DNA from: Epithemia pelagica
Taxonomy: Eukaryota; Protista; Bacillariophyta
Length of the DNA stretch: 64,000 nt
Assembly: GCA_946965045.2 (NCBI GenBank)
Contig: OX337237.1
Span: forward strand, 2,108,001 to 2,172,000
Direction: 5' to 3'
Shown: in pieces, positions 45,635-56,757 of the stretch
Layout: each line of letters begins with the position of its first letter
Position numbering within the stretch: position 1 is the stretch's first letter
Notes under the pieces: model-generated
The model's database searches: none
What the model saw: the letters and a program-made list of their open reading frames with translations, nothing else
What the model was told of the DNA's origin: nothing
Program-made: the position numbers and the translations under genes

Positions 45635-46661
45635 TCAGTTATGCCTGGTTCGTTTGCGACGCAGACGATGTGTTACGAGTAGAGCATCTGCCTTGTCGCT
45701 TTCAGTTGTTCCGGCACTTTGTTCTTCCAAATCAACTTCTGTCTCCTTCAATGGCAACGCCTCCGCCTCGTTGTGTGTTTCGTTGTCCGTATCACACTCC
45801 ATCTCGTCGCGACGCATTTGTACGCGCTGGGAATTATAGTCCCATGTGGGCCCGGGCGTATGTAACATCATAAGCCCCAGTGGCATCTCGAGGAACATTG
45901 CCCATAAATGGTGGTGACCAACATTTATTTGGTATCTCAAAAGAAGCGAAGTAGGAAGGAATGCGACATCGCAGTCCCGGTATCAAGGAATCGTCTTCGA
46001 TACCCAGAAGGGAGCTGACAGTAATACCCATCTGTAGCTCCCTTATTGGATGGGTGGTATTGGCGATAGTTTTCTTGTGAGCAACCGACTCGAGTTTCCA
46101 TGCACTCTCTTTCAAGCGAAAATTGTAAGTCTGCGGTGGTGAAGTAGCAATTCGTAGAACAGGCTTACCAGAGCAATATAGAAATCTCGAACACGTAATT
46201 TGGACCGTGAAGTAATCTCCCAGTTGAGTGCCGGGTCGTCTGTAGTTATAGAAATCGAGTCTCACCAAATGGGCACCGTCAGGAGGGGCAATGGAAAAGT
46301 CTTTCCTTTCGTGCCAGTACTGGTGTAAACGCGACTCTGGTTGCACAGCATCACATCGTAGTTCCCAATCACCCGAGACATCCTCGCCCATATACTCAAG
46401 TGTTTCATAAATAATCGCTTTGGTTGCTTCCCGCCCAACCGGATAGACACCGTGAAATGTGTAATACTTGTTAATTCAAGTGGTCTGCCCAGGAGTACGT
46501 TTTTTCCAAAATGTGCGTTGCTCCATGCCTCTAATATCAGGAAACAGAGTTGGAGGACCTGCATCATCCCGTTCTTTTATAGCAGAATCGGTGTATGGTA
46601 GTTGACCCAAATCCCAAGCAGCAGCCTGGGATGTACTGCTTTCGTCAATACGTGCTTCCAT
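45635..46661 (-). pseudogene. Unknown approximately 340-codon gene with in-frame TGA (46476-46478) and a frameshift near 45870
   Basis: 46661-45834 is one frame apart from a single TGA. An acidic C-terminus continues in ORF 45635-45940. Confidence 0.45.
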
Positions 46662-47934
46662 ATTTAGGAAATTATGAGGTGATGAATGAATTTTGTCTCG
46701 TATAATTTGGTCTTGTAGGAGGTCGTGGTTAGTTGTCGTGTGGTAAGGGACATATTTGTTAGGAAAGTAGCCAAATACAACGAAAGACGACGAAATATGG
46801 CAAGTGGAGCGAGAATAATCCCTTAGTATTAGGTAAAAAGAGTGAGCTAGCTAGGTAACCAATCGACAAGACGCAGCTATAATGCCCGAGACCAATTCAT
46901 GGAATCGCAATATGTCATGCTTTGATATCTATGATACTAGGTTACCTCTTATTCAATCATGATGATGTGTCAAGTTTTGGTGGTACGTCTATAACAGCGG
47001 CTGACACGCTTAGTCTTAAGTACCATCAGACATCTAAAACGCGGTGACATTGCAAATACTAGGTGTAATTGAATTGAGTTGGCCAACTACACATAACTTC
47101 ATCCGACTATGATATCTCATGCCATGGCATGGAAACGTAATCAATGAAGGATGACGTGAGAAGTGTCCGCGGGAACAGCTTGTGTCTGCTGGAGCTAGCT
47201 GGAACACGCTTAGCAGGTAGAGGTATGCGCATCCGCTGGAGGAACACTACCGGTGCTACCAGGATGTAAAGCTCAGCTAGAAGCTATAGAGCCTAGAACA
47301 CCGTCGCAGTGCAGCTTTTAGGAATAATGCGCAACTGCGGTCTCTCCACAGTGCAGCTAGGAGTACCTTTTTAGGAGTAATGCGCAACTGCGGTTTCTCC
47401 AGCACTGTTCATGTCTTGATTTGGTGCACACGTCACCCTTCACCAATGACTGTGGCATGTCATAAACTGAGATCCGGCCTTGCAATGAGATGGGAACGTA
47501 ATGGTGACGTGATATGTCTATGTAGGTGGCAAGATCAGGAAACCTGGAATAGAAGCGTGCAGTATTTGACTGGCAAGGTCAGGAAACCTAGAATAGAAGC
47601 CGGCAGGGATAGTGGCCACCTGTTGAGGTCACAAGAGGGCTGTCTGCTTGTGTCGAATTGTGTCTCAGCCTGAATGCATGATGCACGTCATCCTTAACAA
47701 ATGATTTTGCCATGTCATAGCATGCGATATTACCCTGCGATGAAATTGATGCCAGACATAAGGGTGATAGGTGCGCTGAAAAACACCTGCAGCTAGAGGT
47801 ATGCGCATCCGTTGAAGAAAACACTACCTGTGCTACCAGGATGAAAAGCTTATAGTTAGAGGCTAAAAAAAGGTACAGTCTATTTTAACGCTGACGTCGA
47901 CCGACGCGCGCCATTTCATGACATGCGAGATCGC

Positions 47935-48687
47935 TAGCAGAACTCTCATTGAGAATTCAGAAGGGTAATAGGTAGTTGGGTAAAAGGCTCGCTGAGCCGA
48001 CAATCGATCACCAACCAATACAACAATCCTCCACGGGTCAGAGAAGAGTTGCAAGTCGAGGTCCGCCGTGGGTGGGGGCAGTCGGTCCACTGATAAGAGG
48101 TTAGTCCTAAGATGTGATGAAAGGTGATATTATTGATTGTGAGATGATTACTAACTAAGGTGTTTGATGAAGGTCGAGGTCCTGGCTCCTGTATACGGCC
48201 ATGGATCTTGTGTGATAAGTCCTCAAATGGTTGAAGTAGACCTGCATTGTTGTATTGAAAGTATATGCAGTTGTATATCATACACCAATGCCAACAGCTC
48301 TTGCTTTGTTGTGATATAGGTAGTTTTCTTGGCGCGTTGTTGATTGCATTCTTGGAATTGTGGGAATGGAAATATGGTCTCGCGTGATCGTGATTCGTGC
48401 TTTGATTACTTAGGTCGTTGAGGTACGTCGTGGAGGTGCTCACTCGGATCGTGATTGCGCGCGCTTGAGGATACTGGGCGCGCACGTGATGGGCCATAGT
48501 CAATATCCGAGCGGTCGCCGATAGCGCGTGCATTGCGAGCATGCCTTGGCCAAAATTATAGGTCCGCGAGCATGCCGTCATTCTTTTCTCACTTTTACAC
48601 AAATGTCATCGGATGCCATAAAATACTAGCATCAGTCGATGTGTTGTAGATTCCACCATCACCTAGTTAAAGGTGAGAATCCTAACA
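47935..48687 (-). mobile_element. Solo LTR of a copia family related to the 54.8-61.6 kb element
   Basis: 753 bp, colinear with the 758-bp LTRs but diverged. Shares the GGTGAGAATCCTAACA end and is flanked by ATCGC at 47930-47934 and 48688-48692. Confidence 0.88.
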
Positions 48688-48761
48688 ATCGCCATCCGAC
48701 AGAGTCTGCGGCATCGTCTCAAAGACCGAGATACCAACAAAGTAACTAGTCATTCACTTTA

Positions 48762-49399
48762 TTAAGAACCGGTACCTTTACCCCGAGGCTTTTCACAATC
48801 CCAACAAAACTCCAATTGCTCAAGAAGGGCTACTTTTCTTGGAGTCATGAGTGACTTCATCCCCATTTTCATCTTTTTGTACTGGTCTCGTTGTGTACTA
48901 ACCCAACGGCCCAGCAATTTTGACTTTGTTGGCACTCTTGTGTGATGATATTTGAGTTGGAATATCTTGAGCTGGTTGTAACGCTTGTTCCACAGGTCGT
49001 CGCCTCTTCGTTGACCCCAATCAAATCCTAGATTGTTGAGAAACTCTATTCTTTCTTTGTCAAGAATCGTTCTTCGTCCTTCATCAAATTTTCGCTTTTC
49101 CCGCCTGATGCGTGCAACCCTAACAACATTCTTATTAGGATTACCATGTCATTTTATTTACAAATACACGCATTAAACACTTACCAGTTAGCCAAAGGTT
49201 GATTGTCGTTAAACACTTGTGGGACATTGCAGTTCCCGAATTTTTCCCTGTAATCTTGTAGATCTTCCACTTTTCGGTAGAAATTGTGTAAAGCGTTGAT
49301 CGTCCGCATAGTCTGATGCTTTGAATCTCTATGGTGCCATGGGTGATCTATGCCTTCTTTCAATAAAAGCAAACACTCGGCAATTTCAAGGGATTCCAT
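48762..49399 (-). CDS. Protein with two helicase-associated (HA, PF03457-type) domains; intron 49120-49184
   Basis: After splicing at TG|GTAAGT...TTAG|G the product reads LQDYREKFGNCNVPQVFNDNQPLANWVARIRR...RIEFLNNLGFDW...WNKRYNQLKIFQLKYHHTRVP...LGRWVSTQR...LLEQLEFCW. The 5' end is uncertain. Confidence 0.8.
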
Positions 49400-50399
49400 G
49401 ATGAAACTGAATTCAGTCAAGCCATAGGATGAGAGATTTCGATATCCTCAGGATTGATGTTTCAGCACGCGATTTTGTTGAGAACTTGTGTCTTCACCAA
49501 CAAACTCCAAATAGTCCAACAGATGTTGACATTGCGTCTGTCGTTTTCTGTGTCACATCAACAGATGATAGTTCTATTTAATATAAAAGATTCATAATTC
49601 ATAATCTAGTCGCACTTGTTATTCAGAGTGAGACGCGAGTCAGAAACATAAGGTATTGATTCTGACGCATGTGTTCAGTTGACAGGTAGCAGTCAAAATC
49701 TTTTCTGGAAATGGGATACGAGTATCCAATATCTTGGGATGAAACTGCAAACCACTGTGACACATGGGTTTTACGTGACTTATCCCAGATTGAACTAGGA
49801 GCATCCTATTTGTGGACGCAGTTAGTCTTACACTACGCAGCGACTGAAAACCATCATGTCCGAGATGGATTTCATGGGATTGCTTTATCTCATGTTATGA
49901 CATGGAAACGTCAGCGATGAAGGGTGACGTGAGAACTGTTTGCACAGTTTGCCAGCGTCCTAAGTTCCCCCTCAGACGTTTCTGACACCTAGACTTATGA
50001 TCCTGACGCACTATCAATGATACTCAGCCACGTTACTTGCTTCTGGCTACTTTTTAAGACATACATGGAATAGGGATACTCGTATTATATTATTGCAGTA
50101 GTGTGACTTCTAATCGAAGCCGAAACAACATACGCATTATTTGTGCTACCACGATGAGGTAGAAGCTATGGAACGTAGAACACCGTCACGGTGCAGCTTT
50201 TAGGAGTAATGCGCAACTGCGGTTTCTCTACAGTGCAGCTAGGAGTACCTTGAGGACTAATGTGTATTGATTTGGTACACACGTCACCGTTCGCCAATGA
50301 CTGTGCCATGTCATGAAATGCAATCCGGTCTTCCAACGAGATTGTAACGACAACGACACCAAACGCAACAACGAACTCCTCGTTTCGGCGGAGTGAAAC

Positions 50400-50519
50400 A
50401 ATATCTCATCCCATGAAATGTGTGACGCACTACCTCCAAACGTCATCGTTTGCTCAGTGAGGGGTGTCCCAACTTCACTCGACACCGAAGCAGTCATGTA
50501 CATGTTCTCCCTACCAATT
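50400..50519. repeat. 120-bp direct repeat, copy 1 (copy 2 at 54552-54671); the pair flanks the PIF1 ORF
   Basis: ATATCTCATCCCATG...CATGTTCTC..CTACCAATT is near-identical at both sites. Confidence 0.9.
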
Positions 50520-50598
50520 TATATGTCCACAACAGCTTGGATGTGTGAGGTCCGAAAGTATACCAGTTTCTTGCCATGTTACTTCCTAAAATCAAGCA

Positions 50599-51121
50599 AT
50601 CTGACTCTAACGCTGCGGCTATTCCTGTTCCTCTCCATAGTGTTAACTATACTCCTACCTACCAGACCTGTAACAGCGCGGAATTGCAATATACTGATGA
50701 CAATCTTGTCCGATACATGAAGGCAGGCATTGCACGACACGCTCTCCACGGACACAACTATGTGGTGTCAGTGTCAAATGATGGAACACACATATCCTCG
50801 TCCTATAAATCTAGTTCGGTCGTATGACTGAAGCCATCATGTGCAAGAGCAATTCATCTGATTGCGATATCTCGCGCCACAATATGAAAACGTCACGGAT
50901 GAAGGGTGACGTGAGAACTCTTTGCACAGCCCGCCAACAAAATCTACTTTCACCCCATCGAAAGATAGCAAGATTGGAAGCAAAATCGCCTCTACCTAGG
51001 TGCTCCCCTGCTGGAGCTAGCTAGGTATGCGCTGAAAAACACCTGCAGCTAGAGGTATGCACATCCGTTGAAGAAAACACTACCTGTGCTACCAGGATGA
51101 AAAGCTTATAGCTAGAAGCTA
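50599..51121. repeat. 523-bp direct repeat, copy 1
   Basis: About 99% identical to 62626-63148. Partial copies of its end lie near 47200-47290 and 47770-47870. Confidence 0.95.
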
Positions 51122-51477
51122 AAAAAGGTACAGTCTATTTTATCGCTGCCGCGCGCACCCGCTAGGGTGACGTTGACCGACGCGCCCGGCTCCACACAAA
51201 ATGAGGAGCGAGGACACTTATAGCTAGAAGCTAGAAGCTAGCTTAGTAAGTGGGGCAACTGACGTCTCTTGGGTCGCACGTCTGGTAAGTGAGGATATTG
51301 GAAGTTGAAAGACAAAATCTTTACTCGTAGTGCATGACGCATCTGCGATCGGGTAAGATGTTATGAAAGGTGATTGACAAATAACGATGGTAGTTGGTAA
51401 AGAGGAGCCCTCTAGGAAATTGGACTTCCCATTTCTGTCGGATATTTGGTCCGAAGTCTTTTTCAATAGTATTTGTA

Positions 51478-54183
51478 TTAGTGGAAGAGAGACTGTATTA
51501 TGGCTTCATTTTCACCCTCGAATAAGATGTTGTAGTCGTCATTGGAAATTGGTTGAACCTTTTTTGTTTTCATGAAATTGATCAGGTTCTTGTAGACTTG
51601 TGGTACATTATTCAAAAGTCTGAGGAGTCTCTTTTCGAAAGGTTTTCTCAGATAAAGTCCTGTCATTGTGCGTACTCGTGAGAGAACAACATAGGACCAA
51701 TTTTCAACCATTGACCAGGTATGTACAAACAGCGATGCAACTGACGCACCGTGAAGTTTATGACCCATTGTTGCATTGTTGCAGATGAAGGGGAGCTGAA
51801 GTCCTTTCATGTGAAGTTTCAGCCGTGATTCCTTTTTTCCGCATTGAAGTGATTTTGGATATGGTACATCAGCAATGAATGTATGCTCTCTAGGAACCAG
51901 CTCAAATGTCTCATCTGTTGAAGAGGAATTCTCAAAGGCAAGCACCACTTTTTGTATTTGGTCTGCTCTGACTGTTGGAATTGAAATAGAGTCGACAGAA
52001 CACATAGTATAAGACTCTCCAGGTTTCAGATGAACAGCCCGGACATATGAGCGTGTCCCATTTGCTATCATCTTCTCGACATTTTCGTTGTTGGTGACCA
52101 TAACTGGTTGATTGTAGAAAAGCAACATAGCAGGATCAAACCGACCGGAAAAGCTTGTTGGTTTGCAATGCCCCTCACCACAATGATGCCAAAAATAATG
52201 TTCCCATCCATTTGATGGTGAACGATATTGGTAATCGCCCTCTTTAATCTGAAGATTGCTGGACAAAATAAGAATGCAGTTCTTCTTGATGTATGCTGTG
52301 TCCGGGGCTGATTGAACATGACTCAGAAACAGCCATGTATTAATTGAAACCCGATCAATATTCTTGGAGCATGCATACCGAAGGTCCACTGGAAGACTCA
52401 GGTTGTTTTGGTCAACTACCCTTGTATTTAGAAGATCAACGTCATCTAGCGTCAATTCTCCATTGCAAAATCGACTCAAAAGTTTCCCCCATGCCATATC
52501 ACCTGAAAATCTGTGCATCCAATTCAGTTCAAGGTAGCAGTTAACACTCCCATGAAATTCGGGGAATTCCTCATCATAAATTCTCATACAACCATTAGCA
52601 GGTTGCAACTGACGCATGTCACCGCAGAAGATAATATCAAGTCCTCCGTACTTCTGGATAGGACTGTCCTTCAGGTATTTGACAAGAGTGTCAAGTTTTT
52701 GTATATCCGACTTGGATGCAAAGGAGATCTCATCGACAATTAATAATCTTGTTTGTTTCCAACGTATTTTGTCCTCAAATGGTATTTTGCAGATGCACTT
52801 GTTGAGATGTACAGCTGAATGAGTAGTGTAACCACCAACAAGTGTTGCAGCAACACCACTCATTGCAGAAACAATAATCGTCCATTTCGTATACTCATAT
52901 CCATGGAATTTGCAGTATTCACGAGCGTAGGACTGTAGCATTTCAAGAACAGCTGATTTTCCACTTCCGCCTGGTCCATGAAGAAAGCAAACGAGATTGC
53001 TCTCTTTGAAATTACTCATTCTTTGTTGGGTAGCTGGAATGGGTAATTTGCCAGCTAGCTTCATCAATCGCAATTTTTCTTTCAAAAATGCTTGGCTTCG
53101 AGTACGTGCAGCTGAAGGCATCTTGGCATGTCGGAAAAATGAAAGAACAAAACAGCTGGTGAACACTTGGAAAGCTCTTGTCTGGTCATAATCAAGGCCA
53201 GCTTGTTTTGCCCACAGACAAATACTTAAAGCCGATCCATTTGCGTCCGGAAGGCGTTTAGACGCGGACAGAACAGTTACGCAACGATCGGGTAGCAAGG
53301 ATCTGTGCTCTAATAACACCTTAATAATGTCTTGCTGTGCTGGTGGTCGATCCTCGATGTACAGGTCTTCTTCTGCTGGTTGCTCTTCACTAGTTAAGGA
53401 TTGTTGAAGAGAATGCTGAGGGAGAAATGGTTCTTGTTCATCGGAATAGGTGTGTGGTAATTTGCAAGTTCCATATGTTCCACACATGTAGCCTCCTGAT
53501 GCACGAACTGCCGTGAAGGAAATGGATTCTGGAATAAAGTCTGTCTGATATGCGACCGGAGAAACTTCATTGGTAGGATCAAAATTTTGGAGGTCGTTTT
53601 CAAAATGAGAGGGGAAGTCTTCGAGATCCTCCCCTTGCAACATAGAGGACGGTATTTCGTCATTTTGTTGTTCATCAGTGTTTTCAGGAATCATGTGTTC
53701 AGAATCTTTGTCGTCGTCGCAATATCGAAAAGGAATTGTTAATGGCCTAATGCATCTTGTTTTCGTAGCAAGGTTATTTTTGGCGTCGACAGATTTATTG
53801 GGGCCGCCGGAACAAAATTTCAGGTTCATCTCTGTCTTCGACACTGGAGACGGATGAAGTTTCTTCGGCGACATCACAATCATATTATCGTCATCACTGT
53901 CTTTGATAATGTCGCTGTCATCATCATTCTTGTCCGGGGTAATCTTGACTGTTATATCTTGGGTCTTCAAATTTTCTTTCATATCTTTAAATGAATCCGT
54001 TTCCATTTTGTCATACGCCGTCACCATTGGTGGTGACATTGTAGGAGTGTCTTCCGAATCATCGCTGGAGAAAATCATAGAGTTTCGTGATGGGGATTTC
54101 TTCTCAATGGAGTCTTTGACTTTTTTGGGGATTATTTTGTCTTTGCCATTGTTGGCAGGGGTGCTGCGTGTGTTCCTGCCCAT
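51478..54183 (-). CDS. PIF1-family (Helitron-type) SF1B helicase, 901 aa, without fused Rep
   Basis: FLHGPGGSGKS, SAMSGVAA...TTHS, LLIVDEIS, GGLDIIFCGDMRQL, HRF, HKLHG and SYVVLSRV. Confidence 0.85.
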   Translation of the reverse strand: MGRNTRSTPANNGKDKIIPKKVKDSIEKKSPSRNSMIFSSDDSEDTPTMSPPMVTAYDKMETDSFKDMKENLKTQDITVKITPDKNDDDSDIIKDSDDDNMIVMSPKKLHPSPVSKTEMNLKFCSGGPNKSVDAKNNLATKTRCIRPLTIPFRYCDDDKDSEHMIPENTDEQQNDEIPSSMLQGEDLEDFPSHFENDLQNFDPTNEVSPVAYQTDFIPESISFTAVRASGGYMCGTYGTCKLPHTYSDEQEPFLPQHSLQQSLTSEEQPAEEDLYIEDRPPAQQDIIKVLLEHRSLLPDRCVTVLSASKRLPDANGSALSICLWAKQAGLDYDQTRAFQVFTSCFVLSFFRHAKMPSAARTRSQAFLKEKLRLMKLAGKLPIPATQQRMSNFKESNLVCFLHGPGGSGKSAVLEMLQSYAREYCKFHGYEYTKWTIIVSAMSGVAATLVGGYTTHSAVHLNKCICKIPFEDKIRWKQTRLLIVDEISFASKSDIQKLDTLVKYLKDSPIQKYGGLDIIFCGDMRQLQPANGCMRIYDEEFPEFHGSVNCYLELNWMHRFSGDMAWGKLLSRFCNGELTLDDVDLLNTRVVDQNNLSLPVDLRYACSKNIDRVSINTWLFLSHVQSAPDTAYIKKNCILILSSNLQIKEGDYQYRSPSNGWEHYFWHHCGEGHCKPTSFSGRFDPAMLLFYNQPVMVTNNENVEKMIANGTRSYVRAVHLKPGESYTMCSVDSISIPTVRADQIQKVVLAFENSSSTDETFELVPREHTFIADVPYPKSLQCGKKESRLKLHMKGLQLPFICNNATMGHKLHGASVASLFVHTWSMVENWSYVVLSRVRTMTGLYLRKPFEKRLLRLLNNVPQVYKNLINFMKTKKVQPISNDDYNILFEGENEAIIQSLFH

Positions 54184-54551
54184 GATGTTGTTGCAAGTTA
54201 TGCTAATTTATGACTTCAGTCAATCACTTCGGATACATGTTACCAACAATAACATTGGTAAGTGATTCATGACAACCTCACATCGCAGGTTCTCTGAAAT
54301 CGATGTCACATTTTGACATCACAATCAATATCCATTGACGTGGTATCTCCCATCCCATGAAATGTGTGACGCACTACTTCAGTTTCCGCTAGATTTTCAT
54401 ACCATTGGTAGTGAATTAGCAAACGTCATACTTCACTCAGTGACGCGTGTTTCTAGACCGATGCAGTCATGTGTTAACTAACCCTAACGTCATTGCTAGC
54501 ACCTGTCTGTGATTGGTGGTATTGTTAGTCTCTACAAGGCAAATGTAGAGT

Positions 54552-54671
54552 AATATCTCATCCCATGGAATGTGTGACGCACTACCTCCAAACGTCATCG
54601 TTTGCTCAGTGAGGGGTGTCCCAACTTCACTCGACACCGAAGCAGTCATGTACATGTTCTCGCTACCAATT
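54552..54671. repeat. 120-bp direct repeat, copy 2
   Basis: Matches 50400-50519. Confidence 0.9.
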
Positions 54672-54795
54672 ACCATAAAGAACAAGCACACTGACGTATC
54701 TGTCAACAGTCATAAACAGTCATTTGACAGCAGATAGTTCCGTTCGATAGTCGTCCAATGCAATATGCCGCACCATGTAATGGGCTCGTAGTTGG

Positions 54796-55553
54796 TGATA
54801 AACTTCTCTCGATTCAACAGGGGTTAGACAGATAGGTAGGATGGGTAAAAGGCTCGCTGAGCCAACAATCGAATCACCAACCGATACAACAATCCTCCAC
54901 GGGTCAGAGAAGAGTTGCAAGTCGAAGTCCGCCGTGGGTGGGGGCAGTCGGTCCACTGATAAGAGGTTAGTCTTAAGATGAGTGTTAAAATGGTGATATT
55001 AATGATTGTGAGACGATTACTAACTAAGGTGATTGGTGGTGTCGAAGTCCTGGCTCTTGTATACGGCCATGGATCTGGCGTGATAGGTCCTCACTGGTTG
55101 GAGTAGACCGGCATTGGTGTATATTGAATGTATAGGGTGATGGATAACATGTATGGGATGCAACAGCTCTTGTTTTGTCATGGTATAAGTCTTGTGCTGG
55201 GCGCGTTGCTGTTTGCATTCTTGGATTTGTGGGAACAGAGATATGGTCTCGCGTGATCGTGATTCGTGCTTTGGATACATAGACCGTTAGGTCGAATCGT
55301 GGATGCGCATACTCGGATAGTAGAGGTGCGCACTTGATAGTTTTGGGCGCGCACGTGTTGGGCCATAGTTAATATCCGAGCGGTCGCCGATAACGCGTAC
55401 AATGCGAGCATGCCGTGGCCGAATTTATAGTTTCGCGAGCATGCCGACATTCTTTTCTCACTTTTAGGAAAATGTCATCGGATGCCATAAAATACTAGCA
55501 TCATTTGATGAGTTGTAGGTTTCGCCACCTAGTTTTTGGTGAGAATCCTAACA
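54796..55553 (-). repeat. 3' LTR of copia element
   Basis: 758 bp, with 5 substitutions relative to the 5' LTR. Confidence 0.97.
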
Positions 55554-55593
55554 CTCCCCACAATTCGTTGAATGAGGATTGTCAATTCCCTCA

Positions 55594-56715
55594 TCACTTT
55601 CCTGGATTTTTCCTCTCCAGAATAAACAAAGATCTGAGCATGGGCCATACTGCGGCCAATTCCCAATGTTTGCTGAGGATGTCAGCTGGATTTGTCTTTC
55701 CATCTTTCCAGTAGAATGCGACATATTTTGCAGCAATGGCTTCACGGACTCGGTGATAGGATAGGAGATGATGCCTCTTGGAGATGATGGAATGTGGAGC
55801 GGTGCTGTTGATAACGACAGAGCGGTTATCTCCAAACATGTAACTCTTCTCTCGCAGAGGAACTCCCAGGTATCGGAGTGTAATGCGTAGTTCTGTGATC
55901 TGATCAACTGCAGTCCTTGCAGCAGCAAATTCAGATCCATATGTTGCTGTTTCCACTGTAGCTTGTCGCTTACTATACCAGTCGACGGGTGTACCATTTA
56001 CAAAATGAAGGATGGCTGTAACTGCTTTTCCAGTGACCATATCATGCATGAGATTTGCATCAACATAATGTATAGTTGTCACAAAACGTCCAAGTGGGGT
56101 GGGGCAGTCCTCAGGGATACGTTCCTTGGCATCCATGTATACGGTACAACTCCAATCATATTCTTGGATAGGCAAAGCTGATAAATCTGGCTCCCCAGTG
56201 CGGAATCTGATAGATCCTTCAGGAAATGACATGAGGTACCCATAGATACGTTTAGCTCGCTTCAAATGACCAATCCTTGGAGCAGCTCTGAACCTTGATA
56301 GAGTCATGGTAGCAGGAAAGACGTCAAAACGACCAATGGTAATTAGCCATTGCAGTTGTCCAATGAGAGTCTGGAAATGCTGTGTCCCTTCTTCATCTAA
56401 GAGCTCAGAGTCATCAAGTTCAGGATGATCGTTAGCAATAACCGGTGGCTTTGCTTTCTTGGGTTTCTCATTGAATAAACGTTCATAGGTATCCATCATC
56501 TTCTCGATGTACCTTCGTGGGTCAGATACAAGTGTACCGTCTGGGTCCTTGGTATAACGACATCCCAAATGATACTCGATAGGATAATCTGGGTCGGTTG
56601 AGTTCAAAGGTCCTTGGTGTGCAATAACGTCTCTGAATCGGAAAAGACTATCTCCTGTCGTCTGGGCCTGATTATCCCTTTCAATGTATTCCATGAGCTG
56701 ATTGTAGGAAATCAT
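55594..56715 (-). pseudogene. Copia pol C-terminus: post-integrase segment fused to the RT tail, then RNase H
   Basis: HQGPL..DPDY jumps directly to PIEYHLG, then IGQLQWL, YVDAN, KRQATVETATYGSE, MFGDN and NPADILSK. No RT YxDD core is present. Confidence 0.88.
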
Positions 56716-56757
56716 CTCATCAACATTGGAGTTAGACTTGCAAAAGATATACTTGAG

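Noticed and set aside
54720-55450. Short ORFs repeated at about 47.9-48.6, 54.7-55.5 and 60.8-61.5 kb
   Set aside because: They lie within LTR copies, so the repetition reflects LTR identity rather than coding conservation.
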